DNA of 64,000 bases, taken from Takakia lepidozioides. Taxonomy: Eukaryota; Plantae; Bryophyta. Positions within the stretch are counted from its first letter, which is position 1. Every line of letters begins with the position of its first letter. Positions 38,467 to 49,200 of the stretch are shown here, one piece after another. The notes below the pieces were generated by a model that was not told the origin of the DNA, did not search any database, and worked only from the letters and a program-made list of their open reading frames with translations. The translations under genes were made by a program, and so were the position numbers. The stretch is from NCBI GenBank assembly GCA_030704615.1, contig CM060731.1, positions 84,816,001 through 84,880,000 on the forward strand, written 5' to 3'.

Positions 38467-41400
38467 AGGAGAAACACTGTACTATCTGTAAAATGGATAA
38501 CCATTCTACTGAGAATTGTTACTACAACAGAAGGACAGCTGCAAGAGAACCTAGGCAAGTAAGGGTGCATCAGGTGCAGCCCCAGCCAAGAAGAAACAAT
38601 GATCAGGACCACTATGGTAGGTCTGGTGGTTATAACAATGGCATGGAAGGGAGAGGTAATTCAAGAGGGAATTACCAAGGAAATTCCAGAGGCAACTATC
38701 AGGGTAATCCAAGGGGGAATTACCAGCCCGGGAATCAGGATTATAGAAATAATCCAAGAACAGACCAAGGGCGAGGACCCAATGGTGAAGAGCTATGTTA
38801 CTATTGTAATCAGCCAGGACATCGCAAGGCAGCCTGTTCATTCTGGATAAGACACCAGAATGAGATGAGAGCTCCTGTGAATGAGGGCCCAGTGGTGGCA
38901 GCTCACATGGTTAGGCCATGTGTTGTACCAGAAGTAAGTACAATGATAGTAACAAGAAGTAAAGCCAAACTAATACCTCCAGTAGAAGAGGAAGAAGATG
39001 AGACTGGAAGTGGCAATGATATGCCTGAAGATGAAGAGACTTGGAAAGATGAGAAGGAACTGCACAAGGAAATGGCAGATACTATAAGGGAAATGCAAAA
39101 GAGTACTGATATTCCTGTGGCAGATTCCTCTGATTCGGATGGAGAAAAAGAAGGGAGTGAGGAAGAAAGGAAAAAAAAAGATGCAGACATGCAAAGTAAT
39201 GAAGAGACTTTGGCTGAAGTAATATGTCAGACCAAAGCAGAAATTACCATTGGACAGCTATTAGCTGTGGCACCTTATTGTAGGCACAGGCTGTATCAAG
39301 CAATCAATCGAATTGCCCAAGAGACAGGAAACACAGACCTGAACAGCAAGGTGACCAGTTATAATGTGAAGCCGGAAGGGCGAGAACCAGTCATGGACTT
39401 TGATGATTCTATGCCAGTAATCCAATTGAGAATTGGAAGCACAGAACTAACTGATGTACTGATAGATGGTGGTTCTGGAGTAAATATCATGACAGACCAA
39501 TTAAGGAAGAAGCTTGGTCTAAGTAACATGAAACCAGCCCCATTTACAGTAACAATGGCAGATCAAAGAAGTGTGCAGCCATTGGGATTAATAAGAGGAG
39601 TTAAGATACAGATACAGAAAATGATCTTTATGATCACAGTAACTGTATTAAAAATGGATGAAGTCATGGAGGCTTACTCCTTATTATTGGGACGTCCGTG
39701 GCTGAAACAGGCCAGGGTATTCCATGACTGGAATTCTCAGTTACTAACCGTGCATAATGGGATACACGAGATACAAATTACCACAAAGAAATCTAGTAGA
39801 TTACCTGCTACAAGAAGACCTCGAGGAGTCAGAGAGTATGACTGGAGAGGAGGACTGGATGAGGAGCAGGAAGCTACCCTATTTGCTGCACACCCAGAGT
39901 GGGAGCAGGTTGCAGAGATGCGGCTGGAAAGCCTAAGTTGTTTGAGAGGTATCTGCTATGGTGTAGTGACAGCAACACCAACTGAAGAGGAAACCAGCAT
40001 TTACCCATCACATTTCTATGAAGAAAGAGAAGGAGAAATAGAAATCCTAGAAGAACCAGCCACTGTGAGCTTACAGGATGAAGTGGTGACTGGTTGGACA
40101 ATCACAGCTGATGAGCAGGTGAGAGAAGTAAATGTGGGAACTAAGGAGGAACCGAGGATGGTGAAAGTAGGAGCTGATTTGGAGCCGGAATTCTTCGAAG
40201 AAGCTAAAAGCTTGTTCATCAAATACAGAGATGTATTTGCTTGGAGCTATGAGGATCTAAAAGGGATACCACCTGAAGTCTGTCAGCATAAGATTGAACT
40301 GGAACCAGGGTCAGTACCAATCAAGCAGGCGAGGTATAGAATGAATCCCAACTACGCACAGAAGGTTGGAGAAGAGATAAAGAAGTTGGCTGAGGCTAAG
40401 TTTATATACCCAATAGAGTATACAACTTGGTTGTCACCCATTGTTATAGTTCCCAAGAAGAATGGCAAACTAAGAGTATGTGTGAACTATAAGAAGCTGA
40501 ATGCTTGTACAAAGAAAGATCCTTTCCCTTTGCCATTCACAGAAGCAGTATTAGACACTGTGGCAGGCCATGAGATGTACTCATTCATGGATGGCTTCAG
40601 TGGTTATAATCAAGTGCAAGTGGCAGAAGAAGACCAAGGGAAAACAGCTTTCATCACAGACTGGGGGGCTTATGCATACAAAGTCATGCCCTTTGGACTT
40701 TGTAATGCACCAGCGACCTTTCAGAGAGTGATAAGTGAATCTTTTCATGAGTATCTGGATGATTTCATGCAGGTATTCTTGGATGATTTCAGTGTGTACA
40801 GCTCTAAGAGTGAGCACTTGCATAAATTGGAGTTATGTTTGGTCAGATGCAGGATGAGAGGTCTGGGCCTGAATCCAGAGAAGTGTACTTTCTGTGTGAA
40901 CTCAGGGGTGCTTCTGGGACACATTGTGTGTAAGAAGGGACTCCTTGTGGATCCCAGAAAGACAGAGTCCATTAAAGCCTCTCCACCACCAGTGAATGTT
41001 AAAAGTCTACGGAGATTCCTTGGGCAAACCAGTTATTACAGGAGATTTGTCAAAAGGTATGCACAAATAGCAGCACCATTGAGCAAACTACTGAAGAAAG
41101 ATGCAGTGTTTGCCTGGACAGCTGAATGTCAACAGGCATTTGAGGAACTTACACTGTCAGTAACAACTACACCTGTGCTGATTAACCCTCACTGGCATGT
41201 AGTATTCCATGTTCACTGCGATGCATCAGGAGAAGCGTTGGGAGCGGTGTTAGCCCAGAATGTTACAGGGAATATAGATTCACCTGTGTACTATGCTAGC
41301 CGGTTGATGAACAGTGCTGAGAGGAACTATAGCACAACGGAAAGAGAAGCATTGGCAATGATCTATGCAGTGAAGAAATTCAGGCATTACCTGTTGGGCA

Positions 41401-43274
41401 AGAAGTTTATGTTCTATGTGGATCACCAGGCTCTGATATACCTGGTAAACAAACCTCTGATAAGCGGAAGAATAGCAAGATGGTTGATAATCTTGCACGA
41501 GTTTGAGTTCGAGGTTGTTTACAAGCCTGGAAGACTGCATCTTGTGGCGGATCATTTGTCACGGTTGTCAACAGGAGAACCAGCCACAGGAATAGATGAT
41601 CAATTACCAGATGCGAGTCTCTTTGCAGTGGAGGTGCAGGGAAATGCAGATGACTGGTTAGATTGGCAGTGGCCAATCAGATACTACCTTGCTCATGGTC
41701 AGTGCCCACCTAGTTATGGTAAGAAGCAGAGGAAGAGAATCGCTATCAAAGCTTTACCTTATACTATGGTAGGAAGCAGAATGTATAAGTTAGGACCTGA
41801 TGGAGTACTAAAACGATGCTTGTACCACCATGAAGTAAATAAAGTTTTGGCGGAAGTTCATAAAGGAGTGGCTGGAGGTCATTTTGGAGAAGAGACTACT
41901 AGTAGAAAGATACTACTCGCAGGATACTGGTGGCCTACTTTGTTCAAAGATGTACACGAGTATTGTCAGAAGTGTGATGAATGTCAGAGGCTAGGACCTT
42001 TGCAGAGATCTGGAAGGATGGCCTTGCATCCTACAATGCCTATGGAACCATTTCAGAAATGGGGACTAGACTTTGTTGGACCAATTAACCCACCATCCAA
42101 GAATACACGAAACAGGTACATAATTACAGCCACTGATTATACTACAAAGTGGGTGGAAGCTAAAGCTTTGAGGGACAACACAGCCAAGTCCACAGCAAGG
42201 TTCCTGTACGAGAACATACTTACACGATTTGGCTGTCCCTTAGAATTTATCAGTGATCAAGGAAGTCACTTCATGAATGAGACCATTGAGTTGTTGACTA
42301 AAGAGTTTATGATTGTGCATAGAAAGAGTACAACATATTACCCACAGGGTAATGGGCAGGCAGAGGCTACCAACGAAATACTATGTACTATCTTGGCTAA
42401 GATAGTCAATGCAAACAGAACGGATTGGGATACGAAGCTGCTGACAGCTTTGTGGTCATACAGGACTTCATATAAAGTCACCACTAAGTATACACCATTC
42501 CAATTAGTTTATGGTATGGAAGCCTTACTTCCAGTGGAATTCCTGTTACCTACCATGAGAACGGAGTGGGGAAAAAGAATGGAATTGCAAGACTCCATCA
42601 AGGTCAGGAAACATGAATTATACCATGTGGAAGAAGTACGTGCTGATGCAGCTGATAATATGACCAGAATTCAGATGAAGCGAAAGGAACAGTTTGATGA
42701 AGGCAAGTTAAAGACTTTTAAGACGGGGGATTTGGTTCTATGGTTGCAGAAAAAAGGAAAGATTCAAGCTTCTAAGCTTAAATCACCATGGAAAGGACCT
42801 TATGTCATACAAAAGATGTATGATAACAACACCGCCATGTTACAAACCATTAACAAAGAAATGCTGGGAAGAGTCAATGCAAATAAGTTGAAGGGGTACA
42901 GTGGTATCCATGACAAACCCTTGCAGCATGATTTGCATGTTGAACCGCAAGAGCAGTCACGGGCTGCACCAGTGTTACGAACGGAGTATGGAACACTTGT
43001 CGCTAGGCCCAGCATATATGACCAGGGCGGGCAAAACAAACGTGACACAGCCATTCACAGCCCATCAAGGCAAAACACAGCCAATCACAGCCCATCAAGG
43101 CAAAGCACAGCCAATCACAGTCCATCAAGGCAAGCACAGCCAATCACAGCCCATCAAGGCAAAGCACAGCCTATCACAGCCCAGCACGGCGCAACACAGC
43201 CTATCACAACCTACCACAGCGTGTCACGGCCTATCACAGCTTACCACAGTGCATCACAGCCTATCGCAGCGTAA
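38463..43274 (+). CDS. pol: G2 polyprotein, 1603 aa uninterrupted: zinc knuckles-PR-RT-RNaseH-INT (GPY motif, no chromodomain)
   Basis: LIDGGSG, FLDD, CDASG, HHCC, D-D-E and WKGPY all lie in one frame. No second (archaeal-type) RNase H was seen. Non-chromovirus Ty3/gypsy. Confidence 0.96.
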   Translation: MKEKHCTICKMDNHSTENCYYNRRTAAREPRQVRVHQVQPQPRRNNDQDHYGRSGGYNNGMEGRGNSRGNYQGNSRGNYQGNPRGNYQPGNQDYRNNPRTDQGRGPNGEELCYYCNQPGHRKAACSFWIRHQNEMRAPVNEGPVVAAHMVRPCVVPEVSTMIVTRSKAKLIPPVEEEEDETGSGNDMPEDEETWKDEKELHKEMADTIREMQKSTDIPVADSSDSDGEKEGSEEERKKKDADMQSNEETLAEVICQTKAEITIGQLLAVAPYCRHRLYQAINRIAQETGNTDLNSKVTSYNVKPEGREPVMDFDDSMPVIQLRIGSTELTDVLIDGGSGVNIMTDQLRKKLGLSNMKPAPFTVTMADQRSVQPLGLIRGVKIQIQKMIFMITVTVLKMDEVMEAYSLLLGRPWLKQARVFHDWNSQLLTVHNGIHEIQITTKKSSRLPATRRPRGVREYDWRGGLDEEQEATLFAAHPEWEQVAEMRLESLSCLRGICYGVVTATPTEEETSIYPSHFYEEREGEIEILEEPATVSLQDEVVTGWTITADEQVREVNVGTKEEPRMVKVGADLEPEFFEEAKSLFIKYRDVFAWSYEDLKGIPPEVCQHKIELEPGSVPIKQARYRMNPNYAQKVGEEIKKLAEAKFIYPIEYTTWLSPIVIVPKKNGKLRVCVNYKKLNACTKKDPFPLPFTEAVLDTVAGHEMYSFMDGFSGYNQVQVAEEDQGKTAFITDWGAYAYKVMPFGLCNAPATFQRVISESFHEYLDDFMQVFLDDFSVYSSKSEHLHKLELCLVRCRMRGLGLNPEKCTFCVNSGVLLGHIVCKKGLLVDPRKTESIKASPPPVNVKSLRRFLGQTSYYRRFVKRYAQIAAPLSKLLKKDAVFAWTAECQQAFEELTLSVTTTPVLINPHWHVVFHVHCDASGEALGAVLAQNVTGNIDSPVYYASRLMNSAERNYSTTEREALAMIYAVKKFRHYLLGKKFMFYVDHQALIYLVNKPLISGRIARWLIILHEFEFEVVYKPGRLHLVADHLSRLSTGEPATGIDDQLPDASLFAVEVQGNADDWLDWQWPIRYYLAHGQCPPSYGKKQRKRIAIKALPYTMVGSRMYKLGPDGVLKRCLYHHEVNKVLAEVHKGVAGGHFGEETTSRKILLAGYWWPTLFKDVHEYCQKCDECQRLGPLQRSGRMALHPTMPMEPFQKWGLDFVGPINPPSKNTRNRYIITATDYTTKWVEAKALRDNTAKSTARFLYENILTRFGCPLEFISDQGSHFMNETIELLTKEFMIVHRKSTTYYPQGNGQAEATNEILCTILAKIVNANRTDWDTKLLTALWSYRTSYKVTTKYTPFQLVYGMEALLPVEFLLPTMRTEWGKRMELQDSIKVRKHELYHVEEVRADAADNMTRIQMKRKEQFDEGKLKTFKTGDLVLWLQKKGKIQASKLKSPWKGPYVIQKMYDNNTAMLQTINKEMLGRVNANKLKGYSGIHDKPLQHDLHVEPQEQSRAAPVLRTEYGTLVARPSIYDQGGQNKRDTAIHSPSRQNTANHSPSRQSTANHSPSRQAQPITAHQGKAQPITAQHGATQPITTYHSVSRPITAYHSASQPIAA

Positions 43275-43901
43275 CACAGTATGACACAGCCTGTCACAGC
43301 TCAACACAGCCTACTAAAGTTAAACGATCCATAGAATCAGTGACAAGTGGACACATAATAACTTCAAGAAAATGGCTGAAGGAAGAGGAAACGGAAATTA
43401 CTTTAAAAATAGACACGTGGAGGTCAGGGCGCGACACACAGCCGAGAATGAAGTGCAAGGACAGATGTCAAAAAGAAGGAGGACAAGAACGGCCGTCAAA
43501 AAGGATGAAAGGCGGGCCCATTAATGAGTACGGAAAAAGGGAAACGGAACGAACGGCAAGTACAGAAAAGCGGAATTCTTGTCACATGTGTGATCCTAGT
43601 GGACTATCCAACAGGGAAAGTCCACTAAAGAAGATAAAATATAAAATCCAGTCACAGCGGATACAGCCAATAGAAAACCAGAGAAAGGATCAAGAAAATG
43701 GAGGGAAATTGAGCGCAAGAGGCGGCGTCGTTCTGAGTAACGGGCGTCTCGACAGGACAGACCATCAATGCTATACCTTGGAAACTATGGAGGAACTAAC
43801 AGACTATACGCTCGCAATATTACTTACGCAGTGGCATAGACACGAAAGGACAGAGCGGAGCTTTTCTCTTGAGCGATGCTTGCAAGCCCCGCAGGCTTAC
43901 A

Positions 43902-45170
43902 AGAAATCCGGGCCCCCCCAAAGGAAGTCGTGTCAGGGGGTCAGGCCGAAAACTGGCCGGCATAAAAACATCCCCAGATGGAAAAACGGCGCCGAATTTC
44001 CATCCGGGGCGGTTCGGATGCAGTCGGGGAGGGGGGAGAGGCTGGCACCTGGCCGTCACATTTCAACCCCCGGACGGAAATTCGGCACCGAATATCCAAT
44101 AGGGGACGCCCGGATGAAGTCGCCTCGGGCGTAGAGGCCGGCACGTGTTCGACAGATAGCATCCCCTGGATGGAGATTCGGCGCCGAATTTCCATCCGGG
44201 CCCCCCCAAAGGAAGTCGTGTCGGGGGGTCAGGCCGAAAATTGGCCGACATAAAAACCTCCCCAGATGGAAAAACGGCGCCGAATTTCCATCCGGGGCCG
44301 TTCCAATGCAGTCGGGGAGGGGGGAGAGGCCGGCACCTGGCCGTCATATTTCAACCCCCGGACGGAAATTCGGCACCGAATATCCAACAGAGCGGCGGAG
44401 AGGCCGGCACCTCTCCGACAAAGACCATCCCCCGGATGGAAATTCGGCGCCGAATTTCCATCGGGGCCCCCTCAAAGGAAGTCGCAAAAACCTCCCAGAA
44501 TGGAAAAATGGCGCCAAATTTCCGTCCGAGGCTGTTCCGATTTGCCTCTAGCAGTCAAGGATTCCAAGAAAAACGTGTCTACAAGTGCACTTCAGCCACA
44601 AAACAAACAGTTAGGTTTGTTTTTCTCCGAAAAATCAATCGGACACGCTCAGAATTACCTGCAGGAAGGTAATTCAGCGCTTCGAAATACCTGGCGAATG
44701 GAAATTCGGCGCCGAATATCCATACGCCAGCGATCCGACTTACCTGCTGGATGGAAATCCGGCGCCGGATCCGCTCTCCGACCACCTTGCGGATGGAAAT
44801 CCGGCGCCGGATTTCCATCCATCCGCCTCCGAATTACCTGCTTGAGGGAAATTTCGCGCGCCGCCCTACCTGCGCGGATGGAAATCCGGCGCCGGATTTC
44901 CATCCATCCGCTTCTGAATTACCTGCGTGAGGGAAATTTGGCGCGCCGCCCTACCTGCGCGGATGGAAATCCGGCGCCGGATTTCCATCCATCCGCTTCG
45001 GAATTACCTGCGTGAGGGAAATTTCGCGCGCCGCCCTACCTTGCAGGATGCAAATTCGGCGCTAAATTTCCATCCTGCTGCGCTCCGAATTACCTGCAGG
45101 ATGGAAATCCGGCGCCGGATTTCCATCGTGCAGCGCTCCGAATTACCTCTACGTTGGAAATTCCGGGCCT
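43902..45170. repeat. Compound palindrome arrays of M2: ~288-bp units (43910-44530) and 85-bp units (44790-45060)
   Basis: ggaagtcg occurs at 43923/44211/44477. The perfect 30-bp palindrome GGATGGAAATCCGGCGCCGGATTTCCATCC occurs at 44791/44876/44961. Confidence 0.9.
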
Positions 45171-46211
45171 CTTTCCGTCGATTTTCATCCGACATGGAGG
45201 GCTTCATCCGACATTTAATTGCGCAGTTGGCCAATAAATGTCCACCGCCATCCGTTTTCATTCGGGGTGGCGACACATGGCTTCCTGGATACGTACCCTA
45301 AATCTGATGCTAATCTTGGCTTAACATGCTATTCGAGGCATGTACCCCAAAAACGGAGATCTTTTTCCATTTTGGCTAGGACTTATGCCGCCTGAATGGC
45401 GTGGCTCTCCTGAGAGAGACCTCACATCCAGACCGCGGCGGAAGTTGAAAGCTCTGTACTACAGACGACGGCCAATCTCTCGCATGGCCAAACTGAAGCT
45501 CCAGCAGGAGATTCCAGTGTCTTGCTCACAACCCGCGCCAATTGAAGCCGAGTACTCTCAGGCAAGCCACTTTTGCTTTCGCTTTGTTCGATTTCTTTTT
45601 TGCTTTCGCTTTCGCTTTCGCTTTGTTGCCTCGCTTTGTTTTTGCATCTTCATCCTGGCTTCGCTGGATGAGTGAACCTTAGATAGTTGAGTGAACCTTA
45701 GATTGTTTGCAATGCGTATGCAAATCCGGCAGCTCTGGAGAAGGCTGCTTGTGCATGTCATTCTCAGGCAATGGTTGCATTTGTTTTCATTGTTGTTGCA
45801 TGGCTCTCCATACTTCCTAAACTTGTTATGTTTTCATTTTTGTTACACGATTGTTGCTATGGTGGTTGCGCTGCTCGTTGCGATGCTGGTTTTGGCACCG
45901 ATGTTGGTTCTCATGATTGTTGGGAATGACAGAGTGACGACGAGCCCGGCACGCTGGTGGTATCATCGACAGCTCCAACTCATCGCATGTTTGAATCGCC
46001 CAACTTGGGCGAGAGGGCAAACTTAAACCTTTTGTTGGTGGACGGGAGGACTTGCAACGAGAGTACGACAGAATAGGCATTGGGAGGTTGGTGCAGGCGG
46101 CATGGCAGGTGAAGGGCGTGAGGACATGAGGACAGCAGATCCGGCAATGGAGGTTGTTGATGCACATGCAGTAGGCCCGCCCACGCAAAGAAAAAGAAGA
46201 AAGCTAAGCAC

Positions 46212-49200
46212 ATGCAATCCCCGGCGAGAGAGCCGTCACGGGCTGCGGAGGGGGGAGTGAGCAGTGCGCGCGAGGGTGTCAGTTCGCCTCAATCAAAGGT
46301 GGTCGTCCTGGAGGGCTCCCATGCTGCTAGCCCTAGTAAGAAACAGAAAGCCCGTGAGAGGGCAAAAGAGAAGGCAAAAGAACAGACGAAACAGAATGCT
46401 AGCCAGGAGGAAAGAGAAAAGGCCACTGAAGAGGCCAGGGGTGCCCAAATGACAGATGCCAATGTAAGTGAGGGACGCACAGAGACGGTGGATCCCTCAA
46501 AGACACCACAAAGAGGCAGTAACACACCGGTTAGACCATCGCGGGCAAGAGCAGCCCCTGCAATTACCCATACGGTGGAGAGTGGAGGAGAGGAAAGAAC
46601 ACCAGAAAGAGCACGGATTGTGCAAGTTCGAGGTGAAGCCAGGGAGAGGGCGGTAGAGACGGGGAGAGTGCTGGAGGTGGTTTCGCAGGTGGCTGACCCT
46701 GTTGAGGAGGACGACAAGGAGCTTTCTGACCAGGATGACATCCTCCCGGACATCCCTAGGCCCCAAACCCGGAGCATACAGGCTGGATTTGGCGGTCCTG
46801 GTGGGCTGCCGGAAACCCCTCTGCAGCAGACGTCATGTCTGAGGCGGATATGAAGTTGGCCGCTGCCAAGATGTTGGAGGCAACCCACAGCAACATTGGC
46901 AGGGTGCTGGGGGGCATGGTGTACCCGGCCAAGCTTCGAATTCCCCTTTGCCGCTTGGTGTCATTGCAGGTGGTGAGACCTGCCCTCCCAGGCAATATCG
47001 ACAAGCTGAAATTCTCTTTCCGGGATGGATATCGAATGGGGTCTGCCGCGTTTTACGTTTCCATTGAGAACGACCACGGAGCTTCCCGTGCCCACACTTC
47101 CGATGAGGTGGACAAATGGGGTCCCCATTGGCAAACGCGAAATGAGGAGTTCGAGAGATCGATTGCTAGTGATCCTCTTTTCCAGCACTTGTCCGGTAAG
47201 ATGTTCTACGTGTGGGACGGCAATCATCGCCTCCTGGCATGGATGGAGCACATTGCCCAAGCCCACCCCAAAGACCTCGATTGGCATTTCGCCGTGGATT
47301 GTGTTGTGCTGAAGGTTGCGGGGCCCAAAGATCGCAGTCTTCTCAAAGCTGCAATGGCGGACATCAACTCGTAAATTACAATGCCTCTCGCTTTTGGACT
47401 TTGAATTTGGAAGTCATTTCATTGCGAATCCTCATATATGATGAAAATTCCCATTTCAGTATTGTTTGATGGAAATGTGGCACTGCAGGGTGACTGAGAA
47501 TGCCTTCATTGCCACCAACTTGTCCCATATGCTCTTCCGAGTGAAGGATGTCGGGAAGCAGGGGGTGCAAGAGTTTGCCAATTCCCTCAGTGCCGACCTC
47601 CTGCGCAAGTCGGAGGCAAAGGCAGACAGAACCTGGTATAGGCTGAGCGTCGACGCCATGGTGGACTACATATTTCGGGTAAAGCTCCTGACAGTTTTGT
47701 TGAGCTAATCTGTCTCTCCTCCCCCAATAGAAGAAAAGGTCTTCACCGTGATTTCTAATCTCCTCCCCCAATAGAAGAAATTGTGTTGAGCAGGATCTCT
47801 AATCTTATGTGCGCATTCTTGACAGACGAAAATACAGCAGGATTTGGCACATGCGCGGAGGTTCTACATGGAGTCAGAGGAGAAGAATCCAACCCTCCCG
47901 GCAGTCAAATCGTATGTCAAAGCTGCGGAGGTGAGGGCCCGCATAAAGTACAAGTCGCGGATGGTAAAGTACGTGGCCATAGCTGATCCCGCCCTGGGTG
48001 CCGACTTTCTGGTGGAGGTGGGGAAGCACTACTCTCGCGCTCTGAAGCCCACGATGACATTGGAGAAGCTCCATCGTCTAGCCACATCCTGTGTGGATGC
48101 AACAGAAAATGTGATACATTCTTAACCAAATTGTGGTGGGCAACAACTCCTTTTTGTGGTGTTTGGCGCTTACGAATATGCTGGGTGGTTGGACAGACCC
48201 GGTGGCTCCAAATCTGGAATGGTTCCCAAAGTACCAGGGACATGTGGAGCTTCCCCAAACCGGACAAACTCTCTGACCCCACATTCGACATGTGGATGAA
48301 CCGCATGACATGGTGGTTTCAGGTACTTCCCCACGCTTCGTTTGGGGCTTCTACTCTAGTAGGGGGTGGATTCATTGTATTTTTTCAGGAAAGCGATCTG
48401 ATGGAGAATCTCCACAGGTGACGACGAATGCGCAAGAGCAGCTGGACACACAAGCACATCAGTTCAAGATGGAGATATCTCCTGCAGCAGAGAGCCTACG
48501 TGACTATGTGACGAGGTACTTTTTGCTCTACAAAACCAACCTATTCTTTCGGGAGATAGCAGATGCTCGCCGGAGCCACGAGTTCACCGACCAGCCGAAC
48601 GCGGACAAAGCAGCAATGCGCCTTCTGTATAGGTACATACGCGCTGCCTTTCTTTCAAGTCCTTGCATTTCAGGATGTTAGAGGCCTCATGTGGTGTTAG
48701 GGAAAATGGCGCCGAATTTCCAGTCAGGGCTCCGAAAATGGCTAAGTCCCTAGACTGGCTGGCCCTGAACTGGAAATTCGGCGCCATTTTCCAGTTCTAG
48801 GCCCTATTGCCGTTCAGGGACTTGGCCATTTTCGGGCTAAGTCCCTAGGGTGGCTGGCCCGGAACTGGAAATTCGGCGCCATTTTCCAGTTCTAGGCCCT
48901 ATTGCCGTTCAGGGACTTGGCCATTTTCGGGCTAAGTCCCTAGGGTGGCTGGCCCGGAACTGGAAATTCGGCGCCATTTTCCAGTTCTAGGCCCTATTGC
49001 CGTTCAGGGACTTGGCCATTTTCGGGCTAAGTCCCTAGGGTGGCTGGCCCGGAACTGGAAATTCGGCGCCATTTTCCAGTTCTAGGCCCTATTGCCGTTC
49101 AGGGACTTGGCCATTTTCGGGCTAAGTCCCTAGGGTGGCTGGCCCTGAACTGGAAATTCGGCGCCATTTTCCCAGTTCTAGGCCCTATTGCGGTTCTGGG

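Larger units (their letters stand above)
35290..43901 (+). mobile_element. G2 copy C: 5' half (LTR-PBS-ORF1-gag-pol) of the split insertion
   Basis: Starts AAATA|TGTTAGAGG and is collinear with copy A up to gcaggcttaca (43901). Confidence 0.93.

Noticed and set aside
43941-45301. Many ORFs with repeated MEIRRRISI / WKFGAEFP peptides
   Set aside because: These are translations of the DNA palindrome, appear on both strands, and show no sign of being real proteins.
45340-46217. Short ORFs upstream of the ParB-MTase gene, including a Cys-rich minus-strand ORF
   Set aside because: They are partly low-complexity (TTTCGC repeats), have no recognisable counterpart in M1 and contain no recognisable domain.
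46835-47374. Bacterial or phage contamination as the source of the ParB-like and MTase-like ORFs
   Set aside because: The gene has GT-AG introns, at least one shared between two copies, and is interleaved with plant-type retrotransposons bearing TSDs.
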